Of a stretch of DNA of 47,062 nt, positions 24,901-38,528 are shown one piece after another. Position numbers and translations under genes: made by a program. Position 1 is the first letter of the stretch. Each line of letters begins with the position of its first letter. The DNA comes from Trichinella spiralis (lineage: Eukaryota), in NCBI RefSeq assembly GCF_000181795.1, contig NW_003526941.1, positions 8,375,612-8,422,673 of the forward strand. Direction: 5' to 3'. The notes under the pieces were generated by a model. The model was not told the DNA's origin and searched no databases. It saw only the letters and a list, made by a program, of their open reading frames with translations.

Positions 24901-27900
24901 ATCGCTATTGTGCTTTCTGCAATGTTTTTAACTGCCAATCGATATTTATAGCAATCTTTCGACTGGCAGTTTTTATATTGTCGTAATCTGAACTGAGCTA
25001 GCAAAGTTGGCCGAAGAATTTTAATTAACTGTAAATTATTGATATAAGCCATGATTCCTGATTAGATGTTTTGTCAAGTGTAGACCCGGCGGAATCGATT
25101 CAACAACTCTCTCGACCTTAGTCTCGGTTTGCCGGACCGAATTCTCAGCACCACCCACATTTCAACTTTGACTTTTTTCTTTCTCTTTGCTCATCAGTCT
25201 TTCGTCCAAACAATGCACCTTGGTTCCACTGTTTATTCGAATTATTATTATTTTGTTTTAATAATTAATATGCAGTTATTATTATTATTATTATTATTAT
25301 TTGCTAATTTCGACGCATCTCAACAGAGGGGTTCGTTCGAGCACTGAAGCATCTGTAAAAATAATTGATCAATTGTGCACAGAGTGAATGAAGTCAGTTA
25401 TTATTATTTTTTTTCTCCATTCTCTATACAATACATTCTACTTTTATACTTTTATCAACCTAAATAGCAGCAGTGTTTTTGCTATTTCTCATTTCTGGTA
25501 ATTTGCTGGCGTGAATTTTCGCTGATTGTAATTTTGCATTTTACACTGAAAAATATGACAAGTTGATTAATTTGATGAATTTATTATTATTAATAAATAA
25601 GATTAATTTCAATAAAATATCTTCCTTAATTGAACAGCAACTTTGTTTGTGAATTGTCTTTTTCTAATTGGCATTCCTTATTGCATTGCATCGAATGTAG
25701 GATGTTTGGCACTATTTTAGTGCACATAGTTTGCTTGTTTCTTCTTTTTTTTTTCTATTTTAATTCATTCAGTTTCAATAAAGATGAAACTTAATTTTAT
25801 CACTGTTTAACGTGTAAATTTTTTTTCTTCAATTTATCATTATTTGTGTGCACTTGTTGACAATGATGAGTCATATAAAGAACTTTACTGTTTGGTTAAT
25901 ATTTGAAATGCTCGGCTTGCAATTGCACAACCGCGAGGGATGCTTTTGTTTGTTTGTTTGCTTGTTTGTTTGTTTTTGATTCAATTATAGATTTTGGGGA
26001 AATTTTGAAAGTTAAATTTATCTAGTCGAATTCATTTTGTACTTGAAAATGGAAAACTGAAAACAGTTTGTCATAATGGAATAAATGTAAATTTAATTTC
26101 TACCTTTAAGTTCATTTAAGCGTATTGATTTTTGGCTTGCCAAAAAATAAAAAGAAGCAAATTATTTTCATTTTCTGTTCAATTCAGTTTAGTATATATA
26201 TATATAGTTTATTTATTTATAAAAACAATTTTTGCGTGTGTGAAGTATTTCAAGGTTATAAATTTGTTTTCCATTTTTATTATGAATGTTCAGTTAGTTG
26301 CACAATGTTTCATTTGGATGTCAGTTGAAAATTTAAAAATAGCCAAGAATTAAAAATTACTTGCAGCTGTATGAAATTTTTGCAAACAACATATTGTTGT
26401 TTTATATTTTACACTCGCGCATCGGACGATAAATCTACTCATAACTGATTAGAAAACCAACTGTGCAATTTTTCAACTCAATTTAAGGCAGTTGTTTCTA
26501 AAATTTTTTAAAAATAGTTCATTTTTCTTTTTTTTTCACAACAAATAATCCTGAGGTATATATACGCTGTTGATGCGCAGTTTGTTGGACAATAATTTTT
26601 GTATTGTGATTTTCAATTGAAAATCAGGTATGTTGCTGCTTATTTAATTCAATTTATTGTTAGGCATAAATTTTTCGTTGTTGTTGTTGTTATGTAGTGC
26701 AAAAAGTTGAAGGTGCATTTTCTTTATGCTAATTTGGCTAAAACAGAGGAGGTAGGATACGGATGGGAGAGGTCGGTTGAAGGGGTAAGTTGAAAGAGAG
26801 AGAGAGGGAAGATGGTAATGAAAATATGTAGAAAAAGAAGAGGAATTTTTTTGAATGATGATGATTCACTTGGAAAAATTTGTAACGGTCAATTGGAGCT
26901 GTGCTTTTGTTTTTCACCGACCAATCTGTTAAGCCGTGCACAATTGAATTACCGTCTGCAGCAAGCTTCCTCGATTCTGATCGTTTGCCCTTCAACGACT
27001 CTCAGCAGAATTTGCGTTGCTTTGTGCTGAGTAGCAGCTAGCTACATAATAATCTGTACGTATGCTCTGAGCTTGCTTGCATTTTGATTTTCATTTTTCA
27101 AAATGAACAATAATGCTGCTGATTGTTGAATGGAAAAATAATAATGGAAAAAGAACAGAATAATAATAAATTATTAGAAAAAAAAGAAGAAGATATAAAA
27201 GGAAGTGTGAATGAAATGCATGGTGACAATGGAGAAAAGAAGCAGAAGCAGGAGGAGAACGTTCAATTTGCTTTGGATGCATGCGTTTATCAATTTGTCT
27301 GTGTTTGTTGGTTGTCGATTATTTCTTGTCGTCTTGTTTCGCCGCCAAACGACTTGACTTGACGATTATCCAATAGCGTTCGCCAACGATAGGCCGCATC
27401 GGTTGCATTTGCTCAGCTTTTGCAAGCCGTTTGTCGTCCAATTTTGCCTGCCTCTTTTCCCTGCAATGCCGTCTGCCTGCCATTTTCTCCCCTGCATTCT
27501 CACTCATTTACTCACTCACTCATTTGCTCTCTATCTCTCTCTCTCTCTCTCGCTCTCTCTGTCTTGCTGTGGCTTCAATGGAACAATCATTTTTCAATCA
27601 TAAGGAAAAATCCCCATCCCAGAGTTTTTTTCTCTCTTTCCTCTTTCTTTAGATACTACAAATCTGCAACGGAACACGTAAGCTGTATGTATCTCGATGT
27701 AACACTTTGTTTATTTTAAATTTTCATTTGTTTCAATATTTGATCATCATTTATTTATTTATTTATTTATTTTTTACTTGTTGTATTATTCAATCATCGA
27801 CTGAGTTATTTTCATTTTTAAAATTCTAATCCGCTTTATTGTAATTGCATCATATTTTTGGGGATTCAGTTTTGTTTGTGGTTGTTGGTTTTTCTCTTCT

Positions 27901-29894
27901 GTTGCTTGAAAGTTCGAAAAGAACGATGAAAAAATAAGCTGTGTAAAAGAAGCAGATGATGATGAAGCCCGATAAATTGATTTTTCCTCTACAGCACTGT
28001 TTTCAAATTTGGTAACTTTACTGCCCCTGAATGGCCAGTTTAATTAGTTTACTATTAAAGCAACAGCTTTCTTCTTCGTCATCACTGTATACTACTTATT
28101 ATACATATCTGTGTATACTTTGCATTTTGGTTGATCGAATTTGCAAATTTAATATTTTTTTCAAATATATATATTGATTTAATTTTTATTCAGCATAGCT
28201 TAAAGTTTTGTTTTTGAATTTTTAATTAAACAGTGAATTTGTTTCAAATATTTAATCATCATCATTATGGTAAAATCAATAGCTGTTTTTTCTTGGCGAC
28301 TGTTTAAATTCATTCAATTGTGTCAATCATTGTTTCAGAAAATAAAAAAATGATATTTAAAAATTAAATTTTTATTATTTCATCAAATGCAGATTTGGAG
28401 AAAAAAGTGATTTTTTTTATCATTTTGTTTGTTCACTTTGGAATAGAAAAATAGTTTATATCCTCTTTATGATTCAGTATTACATTGTCGCATGGGAATT
28501 TCCATCTTCACTATTCGTCAGATTTTATAAAGATATAGTTTTTATTCAATCAAGCACAACATTGATGTGTCATATCTTCTTCTTCTTCTTTTTGTTCATG
28601 TCAACTTTTATTTCGCAAGATTATTACAATCATTTTTTGATTCATTTTTTTATTTTAATTCTTCATTCATTTTCAAAAAAGTGCTATTTTATAGCTATGG
28701 TTTTAACAGTTTGTTTCGCTTTTTCTTTATCGATTTCTCTTTACAGGTTGATTGCAATTTTTACAATTTTTCCCCAATGACTCGATCGATCATTTGAGAT
28801 TCAGAGATGAACAATATATTTGTACTACTTTGAAATTGTTGAATGTGATATTTTTTCCATAATAATATTAATTTATTATTACTACTATAAATGTATACAT
28901 ATATCAGCGATGGGTTACATGCATGCGAATTGTTGAAAAAAAATTGCAAACAAGGGATGGTGGTGGTGGTGGTATCCCAGTTGCGCGCTAATTGTTTCAT
29001 CTGAAATTCGGAATTCAAAAGACGCAAGGCGCATTCCGCGATCCGGGCATGAATCATTTCTTTTATGATTGGCTTCTTTTTGCCGCACCGCTGTTTCAAA
29101 AATTGCCATCTCTTCCTGTATGTTGAGATGAAAATGATGATAAGAAGCGTCGACGTTGATATTTTCTTTTTTCATTATTTCTTCTCTCCCTCTCTTTATT
29201 ATTATTATTATTACTTTTTTTACGGCAACATCTGCTTTTATGTTTCATGCCTTCCTATCTTTTTTTCTGTTTGCTTCAAATTAGCTGGCCAGCTAGCAGC
29301 TAGCTCTGCACGCACAATGCATACACACAAACTTGACGCAATTTTGTTGAATTTGTGGATAAATCTGCTTCTTTTTTTTCAGAATATCAGAATTAACATT
29401 GGAACAGTAAGACAATGAGTGCTTTTCAACTTTATTCGATCAGATTAATTTTTAATATCATATTAATAATCAGATGTAGAAATCTATTATTCATAGTTTT
29501 CACATTTGCAAGTTTCAACTGTTACATTGCGAAGCTGCAAAATAATAGTAATAATATAAGCAAAAAGTGTCATATTTGTGAGAGCAGTTTTTCTTTCAAA
29601 TTTATTATTTCGCATAAATTGAAATGGCAATGGGAAAGTTGTTTTCGTAATGTTGTTTGTTGTTAATATTCTAAGAAGAAGAAGAAGAAGAAATGCTCAA
29701 TTTTTAATAGTTCCAAACTTAAATTCTTTGGGTCAGAGAAAAATGATGAGGGTTGTTTTTATATTGTTTAACAATTTCAGGTAAAATGACGTTTTTAAAT
29801 TTCAATTTAAATTATAATTGTATCAAATATCAAATGATGTGTGATGGGATATGGATAGTTTGATTTGCAATTTCAATGAATAGAATAAGCAGAA

Positions 29895-29895
<1 letters not shown>

Positions 29896-29936
<41 letters not shown>
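29896..29936. repeat. (TG)20 microsatellite
   Basis: Perfect TG run read directly from the sequence. Confidence 0.95.
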
Positions 29937-29939
<3 letters not shown>

Positions 29940-32900
29940 GTCACGTGTCTAATGTGATATTGAGAAATTGTTTTCTTTTTTTTCATAAATTATGCTAATA
30001 ATTTGCTATAATATTATCATTATTATTTCTTTTTGTTTGTCGTTTTTTTAAACAGCAGATCAGTTTGCAAACTTGTCGATTGATTAATAATGGAAATAGT
30101 TGGTTGAGTGTTGCAATCAGTGGGAAAGAAAAAAGCATTGTGCGATAATTAAATGTTTAAAAAAATCTAAAGTTCCTGTTGTTGCGGTGTAAAAAATTGG
30201 AATTTGAAGCATTTCGAATATTGTAAATTTGGATGTTTGTTTAGTTTTTTTCTCATAGCTATTTGTTAAGCCGTTGTTGTGGGTTTCTTCAAAATGTTAG
30301 CGCACAATATTTTTTCTTTGCTTTTGCTTCTGCTTTTTTTTTCTGAAATTTCCACTTGAACAACTGTGATTGTCTTTGATGAATTGTTTGTAAAGATGGA
30401 CATTTTTTATCCGCATTATTCAAGCTATGCTCGGTGTGTTTAATTAGAAACGCGAGATCTATAAACAGTTTGTTATTTCGAACGTAGTGCGCGCGCATGC
30501 GCGTGTAGAAGAGGGAAAATTCATCAAACTCCTCTTTCCACATGCAACATGCGACGTCAAAGCGTTGGCGTTTTCGAGAGTTTCTGATCAGTTTAATACT
30601 TTTTTTATTTTACATTTTCGTTTTCAAATTTATTCGTACAATTAATAAATGATTAGTATTTGAAAATTTATGAGAATATTTTTAAAAAAAACTATATATA
30701 TGTATATTTATGTTATATTGCACAGAAAAGTGAAAAAGTGCGAGGGCAATTTGAAGAAACATTTTAGCAGATGCAGTTCAGCAGTTTTATAGCCAGCCAT
30801 TAGTCGGTTAATTTTGATTGAAAAATAGCTGGAAGCGACAGCCAACAGCAGCGGCAGTAGTAGTAGTAGCTGTTGTTGTTGTTGTTGTTGTAAGAAGATG
30901 GATAAGTTGGCTGGATATTTTGTCATTTGCATTTGTTCGTTTGGTCTGAGTTTGCAATTTTGATGCAATCAAATTTTGTCCATCTTAAAATGTCCATTTT
31001 TTGTTCAAATTGTATCAAATCCGAGTTCAAATTCAATCAAAAAATTTTTACTTTTATATTTAGTTAACTTTCGTTATTGAAGAAATTCCATTTTCACGCT
31101 GCTATTCAGTCGCCAAATGTGAAAGTTGTAACCATCTCGTATTCTGCTAGTGATACACGCTTAAATTTGCATATAAATAACAGAGTTGTATTGGTTTGCT
31201 TAGATTAAGTTGTTTGTTGCAAGAGAAAAAAATTGATCATTTTCACTTACTCAGCGGAAAGTTTTGTCAGTGCTATTTATATATATTCCACCCTTTGGCT
31301 ATGCTGCTTTTTCTCCTGAGCGTGGGAAAAAAGCGCACGAACATTTGTTTAAATTGTTGGGATTGGCGAGTTGGAGGGAGACTTATGTTTAATTCGTTCA
31401 TTTTTTTTCTTTCTTTTGGTTTTTCTTTTGTCGAAGAATAGAGAAAATTTTTTGATATTTCTATTTTTTCAAATTCTCATCCTTTTAAATTTTCTCTGCG
31501 TAATGTGGCACGAAATTTTAAATGAAGAATCGATAATTGTGATTTTTACAATGTCGGTTTTTATGGTCTTCCTTTCCCTCGCTTGCTTAGTAAAGAGAAA
31601 ATGAAAGCAATAAAAATTTAGATCAGGGGATAATTTATTGTTATGTCTTATGGTAGTATAGCGCTAAAATTGTGATGGTTTATTTTTAATGGAAAAAATC
31701 AGTCACCGATAAATTTTAAATTATCTTTTTACAAATCAGATAATAACGATTTGTTCTTCAGTTTTAATTAAAATACTGCATGAGAGATTTTTGAATGGTT
31801 AATTTTTAATTTCTATTCGTTGTAACACGGATTGTATTTATTATTGAAATGAAGTTTCAATGAATAAAATACACAAGCGGCACGCACACGTTTAAACGTT
31901 ATTTTTTGCTTAATTTTCGTGTTGCCTATTTTTTTGCTTTAAAAGTGAAATGGGTAAATTTGAAATGTTGAAATCTGCAATTGTGGGTAAAATTGTATAA
32001 ATAAATATTGTATTTTATTGTATTATGTGATTGTGAATTGTAATTCAAGAAAACAATACCATTTCATAAGTTGTGTTGCACACTGATTATTTATTTCAAA
32101 ATTAATGTGCAATGAATTTTATCATTGGAAAAAATTTTTGCTCATTAAATGACACATGGTTGATCGATATTATTGGATGTTGTTAAGAATATGAAAATAA
32201 AGACCGACATGAAGGTGCTGCATGTTCTTGTAATAGATGCTAGTATTGCTGTTGGTCGAGGGGCTGTGCAGTCGTCATCATCATCAGTCTCATCATCATT
32301 GGCGTCGAGCTTTTGATGACCAATTCGGGTAATAGATGGGAAATGGTCTGTCGCTTTTGCATTTAAACGTTGTTTGTTGAATTAATAAATCATTTTCACC
32401 AAGATCAATAAGCATTTAAGCTCTTTCCGTTGTATGTATTGATTTGCCCCGTTTCCGGCGGGACACTTCAACTGGTTGGTTGCATTTCATCTGGCATGCG
32501 CATTTGTACACACTGGCTTAAAAAGTACATTCCACAAAGTCGGGTATTTGTTTGTTTTTTAATTTTAATTTATGCTTGATTTATATATTTGATTGAAAAG
32601 AGTTTGAAAATGATTTCAATTATCATTGTTGCTATCAGTTGCAATTGTCAAAAGAAAAGGAAGGCATCATTTTCACAAGTCTTTTGTTCAAAATTCTGTT
32701 CTGCTTGACAAAATCATTTCATTATTTTTCTTTTGCAATTTTACATTCTATTGAATCTCGTAATATGCAGATGAATATGCATGCAGATTTTATTTTTCTC
32801 GAAAATCTTTTCATCTCCTAACCGTCCGTATTCTTTGGGATTCAGTGGGATATGATCAGTGCCACAACAGTTGAGATTGTCATCTTTTGATGATAAAATT

Positions 32901-35900
32901 GATATTTTTATTTATTACAAAATTTGTTTTTAATATTCTTATCAATGGAAGAAAATTTTTCAGCATTTATGGCGACCATTTGATAGTATAATTTGTAGTG
33001 TATGAAAATTGATGTTTGAGAATTGTAATAATGATAATAAGGTAGTTTCACAAATTTCAACCATATAATATATTTATTAAGATGTAATTGATGAAGGGAA
33101 AATTATTTCTGATATGCTATCGAATGAACAGCAACAAAAAAAACGAAACAGTTACGTGTGTTGCTAGAAAATGTGTATGTGTGTGAACTTTGTTGCTTGG
33201 AATTGGAAAAATTTCTAGAAGAATGGTGGAGGAATTTGTGGAATTTGTTTAAACAAATATTTTGGTAAAAGAGGAAAAAAAAGAAGAGCACACGTTTAGT
33301 TTTTAGCAGTTTTTTGAAAAAATTTACAAGAACATTTTTGCATATGTTGTGTGGAATTTTTTTTGTTTTATGGTAAATGGGTTGTTTAGTCAGTGATTGT
33401 TGCATTAATTTTAAAATTAATGCCATGCTTTTTTGTTCATCATTTTTCTGAAAAGATGTGATGAAAGTGATTCCTTCAATTTCATACCATGCAAGAAGCA
33501 CGAAGTAGATCTTCTTCGGTGTTGTTGTAGATATTTCTGTACTGTTGTTGGAAATGTGCGTTCGTTCCACTACCATTACTTTCATATTTTGCAAATATTT
33601 TTTGATATATTTTAAATGAAATGAACAACTATGTTGCATTTTTGTTCTTTCAAACGTCGAAATGCTCAACAAATTCAGCTAAAGCTGCAAAGGTGAGAAA
33701 CATCATTCATTCATCATGCTACACATGCACAGTAAACACACAGATTGTTGCATGTCGACTGGCAACAAACACGGCTCTTCGACGTCTGTTGTTCGTTTGT
33801 TGTTTGGTTCTGGGGTTTTATATTGGTGACGTGTGTGTATTTTTTTTTTGCTGCCGCTGACTCAGCTGAAACGTTCATCAACTGCTATAAAGCGTTTTGG
33901 AACATTTCGCTCGATTCCATGCTCTGAGCTCAGTCATTCACTCCCACAAGCAGACAGGCAGGCAGGCAGGCAGACAAGTAGAGTTAGCCCAACTTCCCGC
34001 ATCCCGTATGTTCCAGTCCTCCAAGACAGTCTGGCTGTCCAGTATGATGAATGCTTTAATTTCACTTTTGATTATTCTTTAATATGGATGTGAAGTAATG
34101 ATAATTTTCATTTTGTGAGATGATTTGTTGTGAAAACATTATTAGGCGATTTTCAATTTTATTATTATTTCAGTTGGTGGAATATTTGACTTTTTTCCTC
34201 AAAGAATTTCAACTTTCAACTGGCGGGCGGATAAATAATATTCACTTCAATCCCCTTTATGCTGGAATACTGGTAGCAAATGTAAAACCAGTTGAAAATG
34301 TTCGCTCGCTTGCTTTGCTTGCTTGCTTGCTTGGTTGTGCTTTCATCTTCTCATCTTGCTTTCATAAATTGAGTGCTGTTTTTGAAGTTCAAAGACTCGA
34401 GACCGCTTGTTTGCAAAAATTCTCTATGCTTATTACGTTTTGAATTTGCTTCTTCTATTTTTTTTTTCATTAACTTATTCTCTCTACACACCTAACAAAA
34501 GTGTTTATTGCAAAAAAATGCAGAAAGAAGAGGAGGATTATTTTCGTTTAATTATAAACTGACAGCCAGCCCCTACACCACCACCATCTGCATTATCTAT
34601 TATCAGATGCTGCTGACATTTACGGTGGTACCACCACCATCGATAGCATCATTTATTTGTTCAGAATATTGCGATAGTTTGTCATGATTTATTTTTTTTT
34701 TCGAATTTCCCAACTTCAGCAAAACAAAATGTATATAGCTTTTAATAATATTGAAATTGAATCTCCGGGAATGGATTTTCTCATTTCGTATATTTTATGT
34801 TTGTTTCTTTTTTGGGTCGATGTTTCAATATATATATATAACAATAATGTTGCTATGTTGAACAGAAGAAACAGAATGCGAAACGGCAACGATATTCAAA
34901 AGCTGTGACATTGCTCAACTATTGATGCAGCTTTTTTCTTATTTTTGGTGTTTCATTCAATGAAATTCATTGCAACTTTTCATTTTGTTATGATTTTTTT
35001 TCTTGTATAGTTTTTTGCTGAAAAATTGCAAAAATATCTATTTTGTATCTGCAGAAGTGTTGTAAGAGCAGGAAATGTTGACTTCAGGGATTACGGTTAT
35101 ATATGAGCAGAGTTTGCCAAGTATTGTAGAGATGATTTGCGTTTTCTAGCCTTGGATTTTGTTGTTCATAAGAGACGTATGCTAGAGCACTGGAGAGCAA
35201 CAACATTTATCTTCATTTCTTAGTTAATTTAATGGTGAAAGAAATGTCATTGTCAATTCTGATGCCCTTGTTTAATTAAACTGGTCACTGGTTGAATTGA
35301 TTTTGCACTTGCTGTTTGTTCCACTGCAATTTTCAAGCAATTTTTTTTTCTTTCAGTCAGTATAATTTTTTCTTCAAAAATTTTAAAATTATCTTTTTTT
35401 TTTCTCTTATTTAAAATCATAATTAATAAATTCACGTCCATCAGACAGTCTCTTTCGTCAGATATGCTGTGCAGTAGTGGTGAGGATTTTTTGCGAAAAT
35501 TATAAACTTCCACGTTGATATTCTATTTTTAACAGTAGCATTAGTTTAGTAGTGGTTCACTCTGCAGTTATTTATTTTTAATCTTTCCATATAGTCGATT
35601 TTCATGATCATTTTTCTTGATAAATTGTTTCAAATGATCATAAATCGTTAAATAAAACTGACAAGCTAGTAGTTAATTGTTTTTCGTTTCATTTTTCAAT
35701 CGTGGAATGGAAAGTGCGCACACATTTCCCAGTGTAAGTAAGATGCTTAGTATGCGATGCATTTCTCTTTTCCAAATGCATATTATTTAAATTATGTCAT
35801 TTGCTGTTTGTTCAATTTGTTCAAGATTTCAACGTCAACAAATGAATGAATGGTAGGTGATTGCAATGAACAAATTAATACACCTTTCTCTTAATTTGAT

Positions 35901-38518
35901 AGTAAAAATGAAATTTGATAGGCAGTTTTGATTTTATTATTTTTTTAATCTTTTTGTCAAATAAAACGGTGCAAACGAACAAACAGTGTTGTTTTACATA
36001 TTAGGAGATTATTAAACATTGTCCAATGAGACGAGTGGGAACTGTATGCAATTGTTTTTGTTCTTGGAAATGATTCTGCTTCATTTGTTCAGAAAGTTTG
36101 TTTGGTTGTTTGTATGCGGATCTTTTCTCGTACTGTGCTTTTTGCACAATGAATTATAACCAATAGTGTAAGCATTTGCTTTTCTTTTTCTAAAGTTGAT
36201 CTTGCAGAATTTGAGCCGTAATTATTTTGAGTACATGATTTTCATATTACGGTCACACTGTTGGCAATTTATTTGTTCGAATGGTTTGATTAGCATTGGA
36301 ATTGAATTTCAACATGACCATACTGAAAATTTTAAATTTGAATTAATTTTTGTGAAAGGCTTTGAAAATTAGTGTTAATATGAAATATTATGTCATAATT
36401 TGTTTTATCAAACAACACTGGCCAGGCAGGCTTGGTTGTAAAATGTGTTACAATGTTGCGGTGACAAATGAACCCCCCTCCCATTTCAAAAAAAAAAGAG
36501 AAAGATATGTTGTTAAATTTCAAATGGCAGGTGAAATTGAACATAATTTCACACACGGTGACATTGATGAGAGCAAATTTTGCTTGCCTAGTTGGTTGGT
36601 TGGTTGGTTTAGTTACTTACCTTTGCCCAGTGCGTACTATTCACGGTTGTGACAGAGCAGTTTTGTATTTTGCAATTACAATTCGAAAACAATCCTGTCA
36701 TTTCATCTTCCAAATATTTATCGAGGAATGAAATGGAATATGCAAATTTTGTTTCTTATCAGGTTTTCCATTTTATTTCCGCATTTGATTTTGATTTCCT
36801 TTTCTGTTTTCACAGCGCAAACGTTTTCTAACAACAGCAACAATATTTTCAAGCATTCAAGACAGTGAATTGTGTTTTCAATGTGGTGCACTGTCCAATA
36901 TTGAATGAAATGTGTGTCATAAATTTTGATTTTGATGGAAATTTTCAATTTTGGCCTAATTGTGTTCAAACTCTCCTCCTAATTTGTTGTATAATTTGAA
37001 TGTTCTTTCTTGTCGTTTGTTTTTGACGTCAAAAATTTGAATTGGAAAAAGCGAATTGTGAAAATGGGCAACAGCAGCAGCAGCAGTTCGTTGTACGGAG
37101 AAGTTCAGAGGTGGAAGGATGATTTGAGTGGGAAAACGTTTCTGTATCCAAATTGGACAATGTCCATTCAGAGAAGTTTGTGTGTGTTTTTTTAAAGAGC
37201 ATCTATTTGTCGTTGTCGTCGTCTATGTGACTTGCTGATGTTGTTTGCTGAAGTGACTGAAATTGGCCATTCACGTATGTGTGTGTGTGTGTGAGTGTGA
37301 TAATGCTTTCAAAGATCGATCAAGTGGGGTAAGGATGGGATGGGGTGGGGTTCGGGTTTGGATGATGAATAGGCGGTATACAGAAAAGTGAGCTAAAACA
37401 TGCCAGCCAGAGGGGAGAAATTGGCAAGTTGGTTGTGCCGTATTGTTTAGATGCCATTCGTTGGACATCGCTTCATTGTTGTCTTTTTATTATTGTTAAC
37501 ACCGTTTTTCCCTCACACTGTCATTTGATTGATTTTATTATTTTTAGCAACCAAGGATTTTTTTGTTTTTGTTTTATCCATTATTGTTGTTTGTAAAATA
37601 GAATTTGCTTGGTCCTTCGTTGTGTTTGTGTGTGATGTTGGTGAAATTTCAAACTGCTGTAGCTGCTATATGCTTTATTGTCGTTGCCGGCATTGTTGTT
37701 TACTTTTAGTGCAGTATTTCAGTGATAACGGCAACGTTGTTGTTGTCTACATATGTCGACGATACTATCGTTAGCGTAAAATAATTCAGCTTTATTTGTG
37801 AAGTAATGAATCGTGCTTTGTTAATCAATGATCGTCTTGTGCAATTGGTTATCAACAGCAGAAAGTAGAGAGAGAGAGAGACAGAAGCATTCAACGGAGG
37901 CTTGATGATTTTTATTTCTGTTGTAAAGAATGTTGACCAGCCATTAATACATACTAATAATAATAATAATCATGCATCACTTTTTGTGCACATGCTACAT
38001 GTATATACTCTACAATAGTAGAAAAATTTACTAAGAGAAATGACATTTTTGTTGTACGCGATTTTCCCATTCTATTTTTCCTTTCGCTAAAATTGTTGGC
38101 TTGTTGTGGTCGATTGGCATTCTTTTTTCTCTCTTGTATATTTTGTGTTTTTGTTATTTTTATTTTTTCAGATTGTTGGTTTGCTTTTTTGCTTTATTAC
38201 TTCGATGCTGCTTGCGGGTTGTAGAAAGGTTGGTGCAATTGTTACTGCTGTCAACGTTTCTTCTGTCGCCAAAATCGCCGCCGTCACCATTGTCAACGCC
38301 ACCCTCTTCAATTCATCAATAATAATAATAATTATTATTATTATTATTATTGTTGTATCTTCAATTTCTGCTTTCTCCTTCTTTTTCTGTGCTGCTTCTG
38401 ACTTTTGTAGTTGCTTCGGTCGCGGCTTGCTTGCCAATTGTCAAATTGTTGCTAATCATCATCTTCTACGCTCATCATTTCCAAATTTCAACCTTTTCAA
38501 CAGTCATTCTGCTGCCGG

Positions 38519-38528
38519 NNNNNNNNNN
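38519..38528. other. Assembly gap (10 N)
   Basis: Run of N. The true gap size is unknown. Confidence 0.99.

Noticed and set aside
30932..30953. TTTGTTCGTTTGGTCTGAGTTT resembles miR-375
   Set aside because: No complementary arm on either side, so no precursor hairpin; T-rich matches arise easily here.
33103..33672. 189-aa minus-strand ORF and the many 60-120 aa ORFs from 19 to 41 kb
   Set aside because: Phe/Ile/Lys/Asn-rich translations of AT-rich low-complexity DNA, often with non-ATG starts and no domains.
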